A stretch of 64,000 nucleotides of DNA, from positions 3,062-67,061 of the forward strand of contig CAYMVS010000002.1 of NCBI GenBank assembly GCA_964394205.1, read 5' to 3'. Both the position numbers and the translations under genes were made by a program. The number at the start of each line of letters is the position of its first letter. Position 1 is the stretch's first letter. The notes below the pieces were generated by a model that saw nothing but the letters and a program-made list of their open reading frames with translations, was not told the origin of the DNA and did not search any database. Below are positions 29,276 through 37,229 of this stretch, in pieces. Source of the DNA: an uncultured Muribaculaceae bacterium (GTDB lineage: Bacteria > Bacteroidota > Bacteroidia > Bacteroidales > Muribaculaceae).

Positions 29276-31609
29276 TTATCTCACAATAATCTTTTCCACT
29301 TTGTTTCCCGAACGACTGATGTAGAGACCGGGAGCGAGAGCGTCGCCATTGACACGCACACCGCGCAGGTCGTAGATCTCGGTTGCAGTACCAGCCGGAG
29401 CCACCATCACGTTCTCGATGCCGGTTGTCGACGTACCATTGTCGCCGGTGAGCACAATCACCTTGAACGAGTGGGTCTTGGCAGCCACGCGTGCTCCTGC
29501 TCGCGAGGGCAACGACGCGGGGGTCGCGCCATTGACCTGTGCCGTCACATTGACCTCGCCCAATTTGAGAGGTTTGATCAGGTGATGCTGGGTAATCTCG
29601 ATGATGTCGTCGGCATCAAAGGTGTAGCTAACCTCGTCGCTCTCGCTGTCAAGCTCATGCTTGAGCTGGAACAGGTCGTCAATACCGACAAATACGATCT
29701 CAGGAGACTCCTCGCCAAAGAGTGTTGCCGACATGATGGGGTAGGTTGTGAAAGTGACGGGAATGGGAATACCGTTCCAGATGACATCAATAATCATCTT
29801 GGCAGCCCCTCGCTCGGTGATCTCGCCGTTGAGTGTCACCTCGGCGACAATAGCACCGTCGGCCAAAGGCAACTCTGGGTTGTAACCGCTATAAAGCGAC
29901 TTGCCGTCTTGCTCGGTGACAGTGTTTGACACGACGATATCACCCAGATTCATCGGGCCGTCACCTAAGTCCATCATAAAGTCATTGAGAGCAAAGACAC
30001 TGCAGCGGGTCTCGCCGTCGTCGGAGAGTGTCGGGTAGATCATCACCGTCTTGTCTTCGTTTTCAAACAAGGTCATCCCCATCATCGAGCCGTTGAGCTT
30101 GCCGGCAATCATCTGAGCCCCCCAGGGCCGGGTGGTAAAGGTAACAGGTATTGACTCAAACATATCCTGAAGCATCGGCACTACCACATTAATATTAAGG
30201 TCAATCTCGCCCGATGCCATGATTGTGCCGTCAACTGTAACATTGAGGGTCATGCCGGCAAGGTCGCCCTCGGTGATAGCCAGATTCTCAACACTGCCCG
30301 AGTAGGTCTTGTTGCCCTCACCGTCGGTTATATAGCTTGTGTTGGGCACAACGACGTCGCCAACGTTAATACCGATAATTGAGAAATCTTTGAGCGCGAA
30401 CACACAGTCGCTCTCGGCGTGGTCAATCACCACCTGGGCCATCTGGTTTATGCCTATATGTGTATCCTCGTTTTTGGTCGGGTCAAGCCAAACATTGAGG
30501 AAAGCGTTGTAGGGATCCCCCTTTATTTCGGGCTTGGTATCGCCGGCAAACTGGAAAGTATATGTATGAGAAGTCTTGCCGTCGCGGTCGGCATCGACGT
30601 TTGACACTGTCACCTCAAGCACACGGGTCTCGGCGTCATAGCTGTAGGTAGCCTCGGCCGACTGACCTAAAAGCACAGCCTCAACAGCGGCCGCATCGTA
30701 AGACCCATTGACATTGTAAGTCTCACCCTCTGCCAAATCGGTCATCGGCTCGCCACCGTTAAACGCAATCGACTTCAACCGCGAGTAGTAATACAACTTG
30801 ACATCATCAACCGTGAGACTCTCACCTGAAACGATCTTTGATTCGTCAAAATAATCAGCAACCGCAATGATGATGTTAAACATCTGGGGGATTGATTTTG
30901 AATTATAGGTTATCTCATGGAAATACTCGTTCCACACATCCCCCTCGGTCGAGCCTTTAATTGTTTCTTTATCTATGAAACTGCTTATCAGCTCGGCGTC
31001 ACTGGTGTGAGTAACTGCACCACCTTGTGCTGTAGACATCCCAAGAATATTTCTGTCTCGGTTTGTCATACTGACTGTTTTGGGGCTGCCTATTACCGCT
31101 ATGTTTCCGGGGACCGACGCCTGGGTCCAAGAGCCTTTCCAGGAATAGACTACGACTGTTGAGTAGGTATCACCTTTAGCAACACGCTTGTAGGAAAAGC
31201 CGATGGCATCAGGACTGTATGAAAACTCCAGGCCACCAAATGTGCCACCATCTTTATTTGATGCTGTAAACCCCTTTGCTGTTGACCATGTCGTTCCAAG
31301 TGTAAAATATCCGGGGATATTTTTGCTCATAACTTCCTTATTATCAATCTCAACAGCCCATTCAGATCCATTACCGGCCACTTTTTTACCCAACTCGTTG
31401 GCACTTACTGTACCACCCACATGTGAGATACACCATGGCGTGGGGACTTGCCCCTTTTTGGTTTTACTATTATTGCTATCCCATGGAACGCAATCCACCC
31501 AGTCGTTTTCAAAGCCGGCGTTGGGGAGCTGTTGGGCTGCAGCAGGGAGAGCAAGCGTCGCCATCAGTGCGCCCGATAAGATTGTTTTAAAAATTTTTTC
31601 CATTTTCAT
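29276..31609 (-). CDS. T9SS-sorted secreted/surface protein (PCMD-like N-domain, 2x calycin-like repeats, Big_2-like domain, Por C-terminal sorting domain)
   Basis: Signal peptide MKMEKIFKTILSGALMATLALPAAAQQ. The N-terminus starts LPNAGFENDW. There are two internal repeats, a Big_2-like SYTFDADDIIEITQHHLIKPLKLGEVNVTA, and a C-terminus (EIYDLRGVRVNGDALAPGLYISRSGNKVEKIIVR) typical of type-A T9SS CTDs. ATGs occur at 31615, 31609 and 31603; the ORF-track start at 31645 is a TTG. Confidence 0.75.
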   Translation of the reverse strand: MKMEKIFKTILSGALMATLALPAAAQQLPNAGFENDWVDCVPWDSNNSKTKKGQVPTPWCISHVGGTVSANELGKKVAGNGSEWAVEIDNKEVMSKNIPGYFTLGTTWSTAKGFTASNKDGGTFGGLEFSYSPDAIGFSYKRVAKGDTYSTVVVYSWKGSWTQASVPGNIAVIGSPKTVSMTNRDRNILGMSTAQGGAVTHTSDAELISSFIDKETIKGSTEGDVWNEYFHEITYNSKSIPQMFNIIIAVADYFDESKIVSGESLTVDDVKLYYYSRLKSIAFNGGEPMTDLAEGETYNVNGSYDAAAVEAVLLGQSAEATYSYDAETRVLEVTVSNVDADRDGKTSHTYTFQFAGDTKPEIKGDPYNAFLNVWLDPTKNEDTHIGINQMAQVVIDHAESDCVFALKDFSIIGINVGDVVVPNTSYITDGEGNKTYSGSVENLAITEGDLAGMTLNVTVDGTIMASGEIDLNINVVVPMLQDMFESIPVTFTTRPWGAQMIAGKLNGSMMGMTLFENEDKTVMIYPTLSDDGETRCSVFALNDFMMDLGDGPMNLGDIVVSNTVTEQDGKSLYSGYNPELPLADGAIVAEVTLNGEITERGAAKMIIDVIWNGIPIPVTFTTYPIMSATLFGEESPEIVFVGIDDLFQLKHELDSESDEVSYTFDADDIIEITQHHLIKPLKLGEVNVTAQVNGATPASLPSRAGARVAAKTHSFKVIVLTGDNGTSTTGIENVMVAPAGTATEIYDLRGVRVNGDALAPGLYISRSGNKVEKIIVR
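29738..30514 (-). repeat. two tandem protein-level repeats of about 125 aa (calycin/lipocalin-like) inside the T9SS cargo gene
   Basis: Repeat A (aa 378-506 of the ORF-track protein) contains ..CVFALKDFSIIGINVGDVVVPNT..TYSG..TLNVTVDGTI..GEIDLNINVVVP..IPVTFTTRP. Repeat B (aa 511-636) contains ..CSVFALNDFMMDLGDGPMNLGDIVVSNT..LYSG..AEVTLNGEIT..AKMIIDVIWNGIPIPVTFTTYP. Confidence 0.7.
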
Positions 31610-31724
31610 TGACATTGAAACGTGTGACAAGCGGGCTATATTCAAAAGGAGAGCGCATTAAACGCCCTGACTTCCACCCCCGTTATGTCTATGTTAGTAA
31701 TATATTTTCGTGCAAAAAACGTAG

Positions 31725-31732
31725 CAAAGGTA
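31725..31732 (-). promoter_or_regulatory. -7 promoter box (TACCTTTG) for the T9SS cargo gene
   Basis: caaaggta on the plus strand is TACCTTTG on the minus strand, about 115 nt upstream of the ATG, in an AT-rich divergent intergenic region. Confidence 0.35.
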
Positions 31733-31847
31733 ACAATTTTCTTAATTACCGGCAACTATACAATCAAATTTTTCCCTGCATATTTGGTTCATAAAAGAAT
31801 TTTTATAGAATTTTAAAAAGAAACAAAACTATGTTAAATTTTTTTAC

Positions 31848-31855
31848 TAATTTTG
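31848..31855 (+). promoter_or_regulatory. -7 promoter box (TAATTTTG) for the three-gene envelope operon
   Basis: TAnnTTTG match about 58 nt upstream of the ATG at 31914. Confidence 0.45.
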
Positions 31856-31913
31856 CGGCTTGAATTAAACATTTTTGGTTAAAATACAGTAATATTTTAA
31901 GTTTTTTCAGTAG

Positions 31914-32483
31914 ATGCAAGTATCTCTAAGTATGTTGCGTTCAGTGTTTTGTCGTGCCATTATGGTTGCCGTCATGCTGTTGGCGTTTGCACCTCACCTC
32001 TCGGCTCAACGTGTGGCGATAAAAACCAACGCGCTCGATTATCTCATTTTGTCGCCCAACCTTACTGTCGAGGCTCAGGTAAGCCGTGTGCTGTCAGTGC
32101 AACTTGGAGTGGCGACCAATCCCCTATCATCTACCATAAAAGGGGTCAAACTTTCCAACTTCAGGGTCGAGCCCGAGATTCGCTACTGGTTTAACCGCCC
32201 CATGGCCCGCCACTTTGTCGCGCTGAGCATGACCGGCGCCACCTGCTCGCTGCAGTTTGACGACCGCCACATCTCAGGTGATGCCGTGGCTGCCGGCTTA
32301 AGCTATGGATATGCTTTGGTCTTGTCCCGACACTGGAACATGGAGGCCGAGATCGGCTTAGGCCTGGCTCATTTCAGAGGCTACGACTACAAAGGCACCA
32401 TTAAGCCGATTGAGAAAAACTGCACCAAGCTCTTGCCGGTCCCCATCAGGTTAGGTCTCTCGTTTAGTTATGTATTTAAGTGA
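31914..32483 (+). CDS. DUF3575-like small outer-membrane beta-barrel protein
   Basis: Signal peptide ending ..HLSAQ. Mature N-terminus RVAIKTNALDYLILSPNLTVEAQ and alternating amphipathic strands match my recollection of DUF3575. 189 aa. Confidence 0.65.
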   Translation: MQVSLSMLRSVFCRAIMVAVMLLAFAPHLSAQRVAIKTNALDYLILSPNLTVEAQVSRVLSVQLGVATNPLSSTIKGVKLSNFRVEPEIRYWFNRPMARHFVALSMTGATCSLQFDDRHISGDAVAAGLSYGYALVLSRHWNMEAEIGLGLAHFRGYDYKGTIKPIEKNCTKLLPVPIRLGLSFSYVFK

Positions 32484-32491
32484 TCTTTGAT

Positions 32492-34564
32492 ATGATGACA
32501 ATAAAAAGACTTTTGACGATGGCACTCACAGCCGTGTTTGTGTTGCCGTGTTTTGCCAGAACAATCAATATTCACGGCACCATCACCCGGAGTGGCACCG
32601 GCGAGCCCCTCATGGGCGTCACCATATATAATGCACGCACCAATAAAGCGCTCGGCATGACCGGCGATGAGGGCCGATATAACATTACGGCCGACTCGGA
32701 AGATGAGTTGATTTTCTCGGGCATGTTGCACTCGGAACATCGTGAGAACGTCAACGGCCGCCTGGAGATAAATGTCGCGATGATTCCCGAGGCCAATCAG
32801 CTCAAGGAGGTTGTCGTGATGGGAACGAGCAAAAACACCACACTCATCACCGAGCCAACCGACCTCGACGTTGTCGGCAACTACCTGCGGCTCAAAACCA
32901 AGGTGAAAATTCCCGCCAAGCTGTTCAACTCACAAGCCCGCATGATCATTCAGCCCACCATCTACAATGTCTCTAAAAAACATCTGTCCTACCTCAAGCC
33001 GGTGGTGCTTGACGGATGGCGATATGCCATCACCCAGGAGCGCATGTATGACTGGGATGCCCAACTCGACACTTTGACCGACTACCGTCAGATCAAGACC
33101 GACAGCTATGGCAAAGAGAGCACGATCTATCTCATCGACTCGCTCTATATCGACAACCCCAAAGACGACTATCTCTGTGCCATCATGTCGTCGCTCGAAG
33201 ACTACAACAAGATTGTCTACACCGACACCTTTGAAATAGCGCGAGGCACGGTCAACCCGCTCAGGTTCCTCTCCTACTCGATCGACCCAATCGCTATGGA
33301 CGAGGAGCAATACCTCCCCACCCCCGAGGTTGAGTTGAGAGACGCGTCGGGCGAGATGAACCTGATTTTCCCCGTCGGCAAGGCAAAGCTCGACCTCTCG
33401 CTGGGCAACAACGCCGCCGAGCTGAACGCCTTGATCGAAGAGTTTAAAACAATCGAGAATGCCCCCGACATGACCCTCAAGAGCTTCAAGATCTTTGGAT
33501 TTGCCTCGCCTGAGGGCCGATATGAATATAACCGGCAGCTCGCCGAGCGACGCATGGAGTCGGCGATGTCTACCATGCTGAGCTCGATCGACCCTTCGCT
33601 GAGGCGCAATGCCGAGCTGTCGTCGGGTGCCGATGTAGCCTCATGGAACGAGGTTGTCAAGATGCTGCGCGCCGACGGCCTGCAGAGCGAGGCCGACGCC
33701 GTGCAGACGGTCATTGACAAATATCAGAACCCCGACTCGCGCTCTTTCGCCATGTCCAAACTGCCGTTTTTCTCATCTCTTCTGAAGGAGAAATATCTTC
33801 CCCGCCTGCGCCGAGTGAGCTACAACATCGTCTCGTCTCGCTATCGCCCGCTGACCGACGAGGAGATCAACGATCTGTACCGGTCCAACCCCAAGGGTCT
33901 GAGCAAATATCAGTTTTACCGCTACTACTCGGCCCGCTCGGGCAAAGAGCGTGAGGAGGCCATCAAGGCAGCCCTCGCCGTCCACCCCGACTTTGTGGTC
34001 GCCGCGACCGATCTTTCGGAAATGATGCTCAAAGAGGGCCGCAACCCGATGACCGTTCTTGAGCCATTCTTTGCCGACCCCAAGACGTGGAACAAACTAC
34101 CCAAAGCGACACGTTACAACATGGCAGTGGCCTGCATGGACAGCCTCAACTACTCAAAGGCCGACTCGATTTTTGCCACAATCGACGACACGCCCCAAAC
34201 CCACAAGGCTCTCATCTACAACAAAGCTCTCAACGGAAAATTCCACGAGGTCATGGCCGAGATTTGTGAGGACTCCCCTCTCAACGAGGTGTTGCTGCTC
34301 CTGGCCGTCAAAGACAACCGAACAGCCGCCGCCAAAGCTGAAAAACTTGGCGACTCGGCCGTCGAGGAGTATGTCAAGGCTGTTGCCGCCAACCGCCTCG
34401 ACGACTATGTCAAGGCGATAACTCACCTTGAGAATGCTTTTGCTCTCGATCCATCGTTGATACAGGTAGCCCGGACCGACGGCGATGTCCTGGATCTGAT
34501 TGACGATGAGGACACAAACTATAACAAAGATATTCATTATCATGACTCTAACGACGCTGAATAA
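32492..34564 (+). CDS. exported protein with CarboxypepD_reg-like N-domain, OmpA-like peptidoglycan-binding signature and helical/TPR-like C-terminus (DUF3868-like context)
   Basis: Signal peptide MMTIKRLLTMALTAVFVLPCFA. Beta-sandwich INIHGTITRSGTGEPLMGVTIYN..GRYNI. OmpA-C-like FGFASPEGRYEYNRQLAERRMESA. An alpha-helical tail of about 250 aa. The ORF-track start at 32480 is a GTG overlapping the upstream stop, so the first ATG at 32492 is used. Confidence 0.6.
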   Translation: MMTIKRLLTMALTAVFVLPCFARTINIHGTITRSGTGEPLMGVTIYNARTNKALGMTGDEGRYNITADSEDELIFSGMLHSEHRENVNGRLEINVAMIPEANQLKEVVVMGTSKNTTLITEPTDLDVVGNYLRLKTKVKIPAKLFNSQARMIIQPTIYNVSKKHLSYLKPVVLDGWRYAITQERMYDWDAQLDTLTDYRQIKTDSYGKESTIYLIDSLYIDNPKDDYLCAIMSSLEDYNKIVYTDTFEIARGTVNPLRFLSYSIDPIAMDEEQYLPTPEVELRDASGEMNLIFPVGKAKLDLSLGNNAAELNALIEEFKTIENAPDMTLKSFKIFGFASPEGRYEYNRQLAERRMESAMSTMLSSIDPSLRRNAELSSGADVASWNEVVKMLRADGLQSEADAVQTVIDKYQNPDSRSFAMSKLPFFSSLLKEKYLPRLRRVSYNIVSSRYRPLTDEEINDLYRSNPKGLSKYQFYRYYSARSGKEREEAIKAALAVHPDFVVAATDLSEMMLKEGRNPMTVLEPFFADPKTWNKLPKATRYNMAVACMDSLNYSKADSIFATIDDTPQTHKALIYNKALNGKFHEVMAEICEDSPLNEVLLLLAVKDNRTAAAKAEKLGDSAVEEYVKAVAANRLDDYVKAITHLENAFALDPSLIQVARTDGDVLDLIDDEDTNYNKDIHYHDSNDAE

Positions 34565-34568
34565 TAAG

Positions 34569-36848
34569 ATGGTCATTAATAGATTTTTGCGAACAATATC
34601 GTTGGCCACCCTGCTTGCCGGCGTTTCTCTCTCATCAACGGCCAAGAGGGTGACAGTGGAGCTGAACGACTCTAACGCCTCAGGTTTCAACGCTCTTGAT
34701 TACGTTCTTCAAAAGCCGCTGCCCCTCGACACTTTCCCAGCCGGCCAGAAGGGTTTTGGCAGACACTTCTTCCTCGGTGTAGGCGGCGGTGTGTCGGTCA
34801 ATGGCAACACGCTGTCCTCTTCGGTTAAACCGTCGCTTCATTTCGGAGGCCAGATGGGCAGTTGGTTCACACCGGTTCACGGACTGCGCGTCGGGGCCGA
34901 TGTCGGACGGATGTCGGTCCACAAGGGGACCCACCATGCGTGGGGTGTGAGCGTGAGAGCCGACTACCTCATAAATTTCTCATCACTGTTGAGAGGATAT
35001 AACCCCTACCGCAAGGTTGAACTCATCGGAGGCGTGGGCGTGGAGTACCGTCGCCTGCGTCAGGCCGGGGTATGGGGCAATAATTTAGGATTGGACGCCT
35101 CGCTGCAATTGCATTACAACGCCACCCCGTCGTTTTATCTCTTTGCCGAGCCCGAGCTGGCCATGATGACCGGTTTCCGCTATGACGGCAAAGACGACTG
35201 GCGTCGCGTGCGACCCTATTTCTCGTTCAACATCGGTATGGGATACCGTATTCTGACAGGCCGTCTGCGCCGTCTCCACTCATCGCCCTTTGACGGAAGG
35301 GATGAGAACCAGATGTATTTTGGCGTCGGTGGCGGTCTGTGGGACTTTCCGGTCCACAGCCACTCGTTCAAAAACGCGATGGGGAGTATCCATTTAGGCA
35401 AAATGTTTTCATCGACATCGGGTCTGCAGTTGACACTCTCTATCAACCAGAGAAAGCATAGCAACAAGGATTTGAACAACAAATATATCGGTATAGGCTC
35501 ACTTGACTATGTGCTCAACCTCGGCAACGCCTTTGGCGGGTACTCGCCCAAAGATGTGTTTCAGACCCAACTCAACGTGGGCGTAAGCGCCGGAGTTCTG
35601 ACCCGCACACAGAAGACCATCTATTCGCCCGGTCTCAGCGTTGGTCTGACAGGACTTTTCCGTCTCTCAGAGCACTGGGGTATTTTTATTCACCCCCAGA
35701 TGTATGCTTTCCAAAAAAGTGAGATCAGCCGGCAATTTAGGTGTGGCCACACCCCGCTGGTGTCGGTCGACCTCGGTCTGAGATACAACGTGGGCAACTT
35801 CGGCCGTTTCCGCGCCGAGAGCTACCGTGAATATAATGCCGACAGCCGCCACTGGTTCATCGAGGCGGGCGGTGGCTACTCAAAGGTGCGCGGCACCAGT
35901 TTCGGCTACGGTGGCGACATCTTCATCAGCTTTGGCAAGCGGTTCACACCGATCTCAACATGGCGCGCAAGAGTTGACGGAAGCACCTATAAAAACTATC
36001 CGCGCATGCTGTCGACAGCACTGCATATCGACTACCTGACAAGCCTTACCACCGCGACCATGGGCTATGACCCCAACCGACTGTTTGACTTGCAATTAGT
36101 GTTGGGTGCCAATTTAGGCGCCGCCCACTATAATGGCCCGATCAAACCGATTGGCGGCTTTGAGACCGGTCTTCAGGCCAACTTCCGTCTCAGCAAACAC
36201 CTCGACCTATTTGTCGAGCCGATGTTTATGGCGTCCTCATTGCCTTCAATCTACGGTAGCCGCAACTGGTACGCTCAAATGCAGGTGCAGCTCGGTCTGC
36301 GCTACAAGCTCGGCCTGCAAGGAGAGCGTGGTCGACTGAGTGACAGCATGTATGGCACGCGACCCAACTTTGCCGGGTTCTCGGCCGGTTTGTTAGGATT
36401 GGCACGCAACATCTCCTTGAAACACTCCAACCTGACAGGCGGGTTTGACATCAGCATTGGCCGGTGGTTTGCCCTCCCCTCGGGTTTGAGGTTCACCTTT
36501 GCCAACGACTGGCTCTATCGCTACAAGGACAACTACCATGTCGCCTCGGCCCATCTCGACTACCTGCTTAACTTCACCTCCTTGATAGATCGCAACGCTT
36601 CACGCCGTTTCCACATTATCGGCGCTGTAGGTGCCGGTTTGAGCTACTGCCACAAGTCGATCAACTCCAAGAAAGGCGTGATGGCCTATGGCGGCGTTCA
36701 GTTCCGCTACAATCTGCCGGGCAATATCGACATCCATCTTGAGCCGGGAGTGCAGATATGGCAAAACCGTGTGATCCCCACCGCCACACCCCAAGAGAAA
36801 TTTGAGATTGCACCCAAGATGGTTGCCGGTGCATCCTATCGTTTTTAA
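34569..36848 (+). CDS. large outer-membrane protein made of four tandem beta-barrel-like modules
   Basis: Signal peptide MVINRFLRTISLATLLAGVSLSSTA. There are four repeated modules of about 160 aa. The C-terminus ..GASYRF is an aromatic OMP beta-signal. The ORF-track start at 34500 is a TTG inside the upstream gene; the ATG at 34569 lies 4 nt after that gene's stop. Confidence 0.65.
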   Translation: MVINRFLRTISLATLLAGVSLSSTAKRVTVELNDSNASGFNALDYVLQKPLPLDTFPAGQKGFGRHFFLGVGGGVSVNGNTLSSSVKPSLHFGGQMGSWFTPVHGLRVGADVGRMSVHKGTHHAWGVSVRADYLINFSSLLRGYNPYRKVELIGGVGVEYRRLRQAGVWGNNLGLDASLQLHYNATPSFYLFAEPELAMMTGFRYDGKDDWRRVRPYFSFNIGMGYRILTGRLRRLHSSPFDGRDENQMYFGVGGGLWDFPVHSHSFKNAMGSIHLGKMFSSTSGLQLTLSINQRKHSNKDLNNKYIGIGSLDYVLNLGNAFGGYSPKDVFQTQLNVGVSAGVLTRTQKTIYSPGLSVGLTGLFRLSEHWGIFIHPQMYAFQKSEISRQFRCGHTPLVSVDLGLRYNVGNFGRFRAESYREYNADSRHWFIEAGGGYSKVRGTSFGYGGDIFISFGKRFTPISTWRARVDGSTYKNYPRMLSTALHIDYLTSLTTATMGYDPNRLFDLQLVLGANLGAAHYNGPIKPIGGFETGLQANFRLSKHLDLFVEPMFMASSLPSIYGSRNWYAQMQVQLGLRYKLGLQGERGRLSDSMYGTRPNFAGFSAGLLGLARNISLKHSNLTGGFDISIGRWFALPSGLRFTFANDWLYRYKDNYHVASAHLDYLLNFTSLIDRNASRRFHIIGAVGAGLSYCHKSINSKKGVMAYGGVQFRYNLPGNIDIHLEPGVQIWQNRVIPTATPQEKFEIAPKMVAGASYRF
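34764..36845 (+). repeat. four tandem protein-level repeats (about 155-165 aa each) within CDS 34569..36848
   Basis: The modules lie at about 34764-35252, 35313-35792, 35850-36311 and 36366-36845. Each contains these landmarks in order: hFhGxGGG (FFLGVGGG / YFGVGGG / WFIEAGGG / FAGFSAG); xFxPxxGLR-type (WFTPVHGLR / MFSSTSGLQ / RFTPISTWR / WFALPSGLR); DY(L/V)xN(F/L) (ADYLINF / LDYVLNL / IDYLTSL / LDYLLNF); a YxP turn (GYNPYRK / GYSPKDV / GYDPNRL); hhxEP (FAEPE / IHPQ / VEPM / LEPG); and a closing G(M/L)xYxh (GMGYRI / GLRYNV / GLRYKL / GASYRF). Confidence 0.7.
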
Positions 36849-36868
36849 GAGCCTTTCCCATAATATCG

Positions 36869-36910
36869 AGCAGGCCGGACAACAAATGTTTTCCGGCCTG
36901 CTTTCGTTTC
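36869..36910 (+). terminator. rho-independent terminator of the envelope operon
   Basis: agcaggccgga (36869-36879) / tccggcctgct (36892-36902), followed by ttcgtttc. It is the first convincing hairpin plus T-tract after 31914. Confidence 0.7.
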
Positions 36911-37150
36911 CGCTCATCTGCCAACTCGTCACCAGCCGATTTGATCTCAGCAGACAGGACCGGTGGGTAGCATAGCCGGGATGATAAAACCGCGAAACAT
37001 TGCTCCCCAATCCTATGTCCCTATCCATCGGGTCCTCCCGACCCACACTATGCCTCAAAAAAGTTTTACTGTTTAACGGGGACCATGAGTTACTCCCTAA
37101 ACCAACCGGCCCTGTCTTTTGCTGACTGGATATTCAGTTAACCATCCATC

Positions 37151-37200
37151 AAAAACTAATTGAGAGATGACGTGCCAATTGTTGACACGTCATCTCTCAA
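37151..37200 (-). terminator. rho-independent terminator of rpsP
   Basis: 15-bp stem ttgagagatgacgtg (37160-37174) / cacgtcatctctcaa (37186-37200). On the minus strand it is followed by TTAGTTTTTG. It lies 30 nt downstream of the rpsP stop. Confidence 0.75.
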
Positions 37201-37229
37201 TTGTTGAATGTCAGGTTTGATAAAGACGC

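Noticed and set aside
34500-34568. N-terminal extensions in the ORF track that begin at TTG or GTG codons (34500, 32480, 31645, 29200, 23969, 17258, 3469, 3453, 40290, 42191, 53692)
   Set aside because: Each extension overlaps an upstream gene or a TAnnTTTG promoter box. Each is followed by an ATG that begins a proper signal peptide or conserved N-terminus, so the coordinates were trimmed.
36911-37150. Tested the long intergenic region for tRNA, tmRNA, RNase P RNA or SRP RNA
   Set aside because: On neither strand do I see a T-loop GGTTCGAATCC-type motif, the tmRNA 5' GGGGCTGA or 3' TCCACCA ends, the RNase P GAGGAAAGTCC box, or the SRP GGAAGCAGC-type motif. The region stays listed only as an unassigned region.
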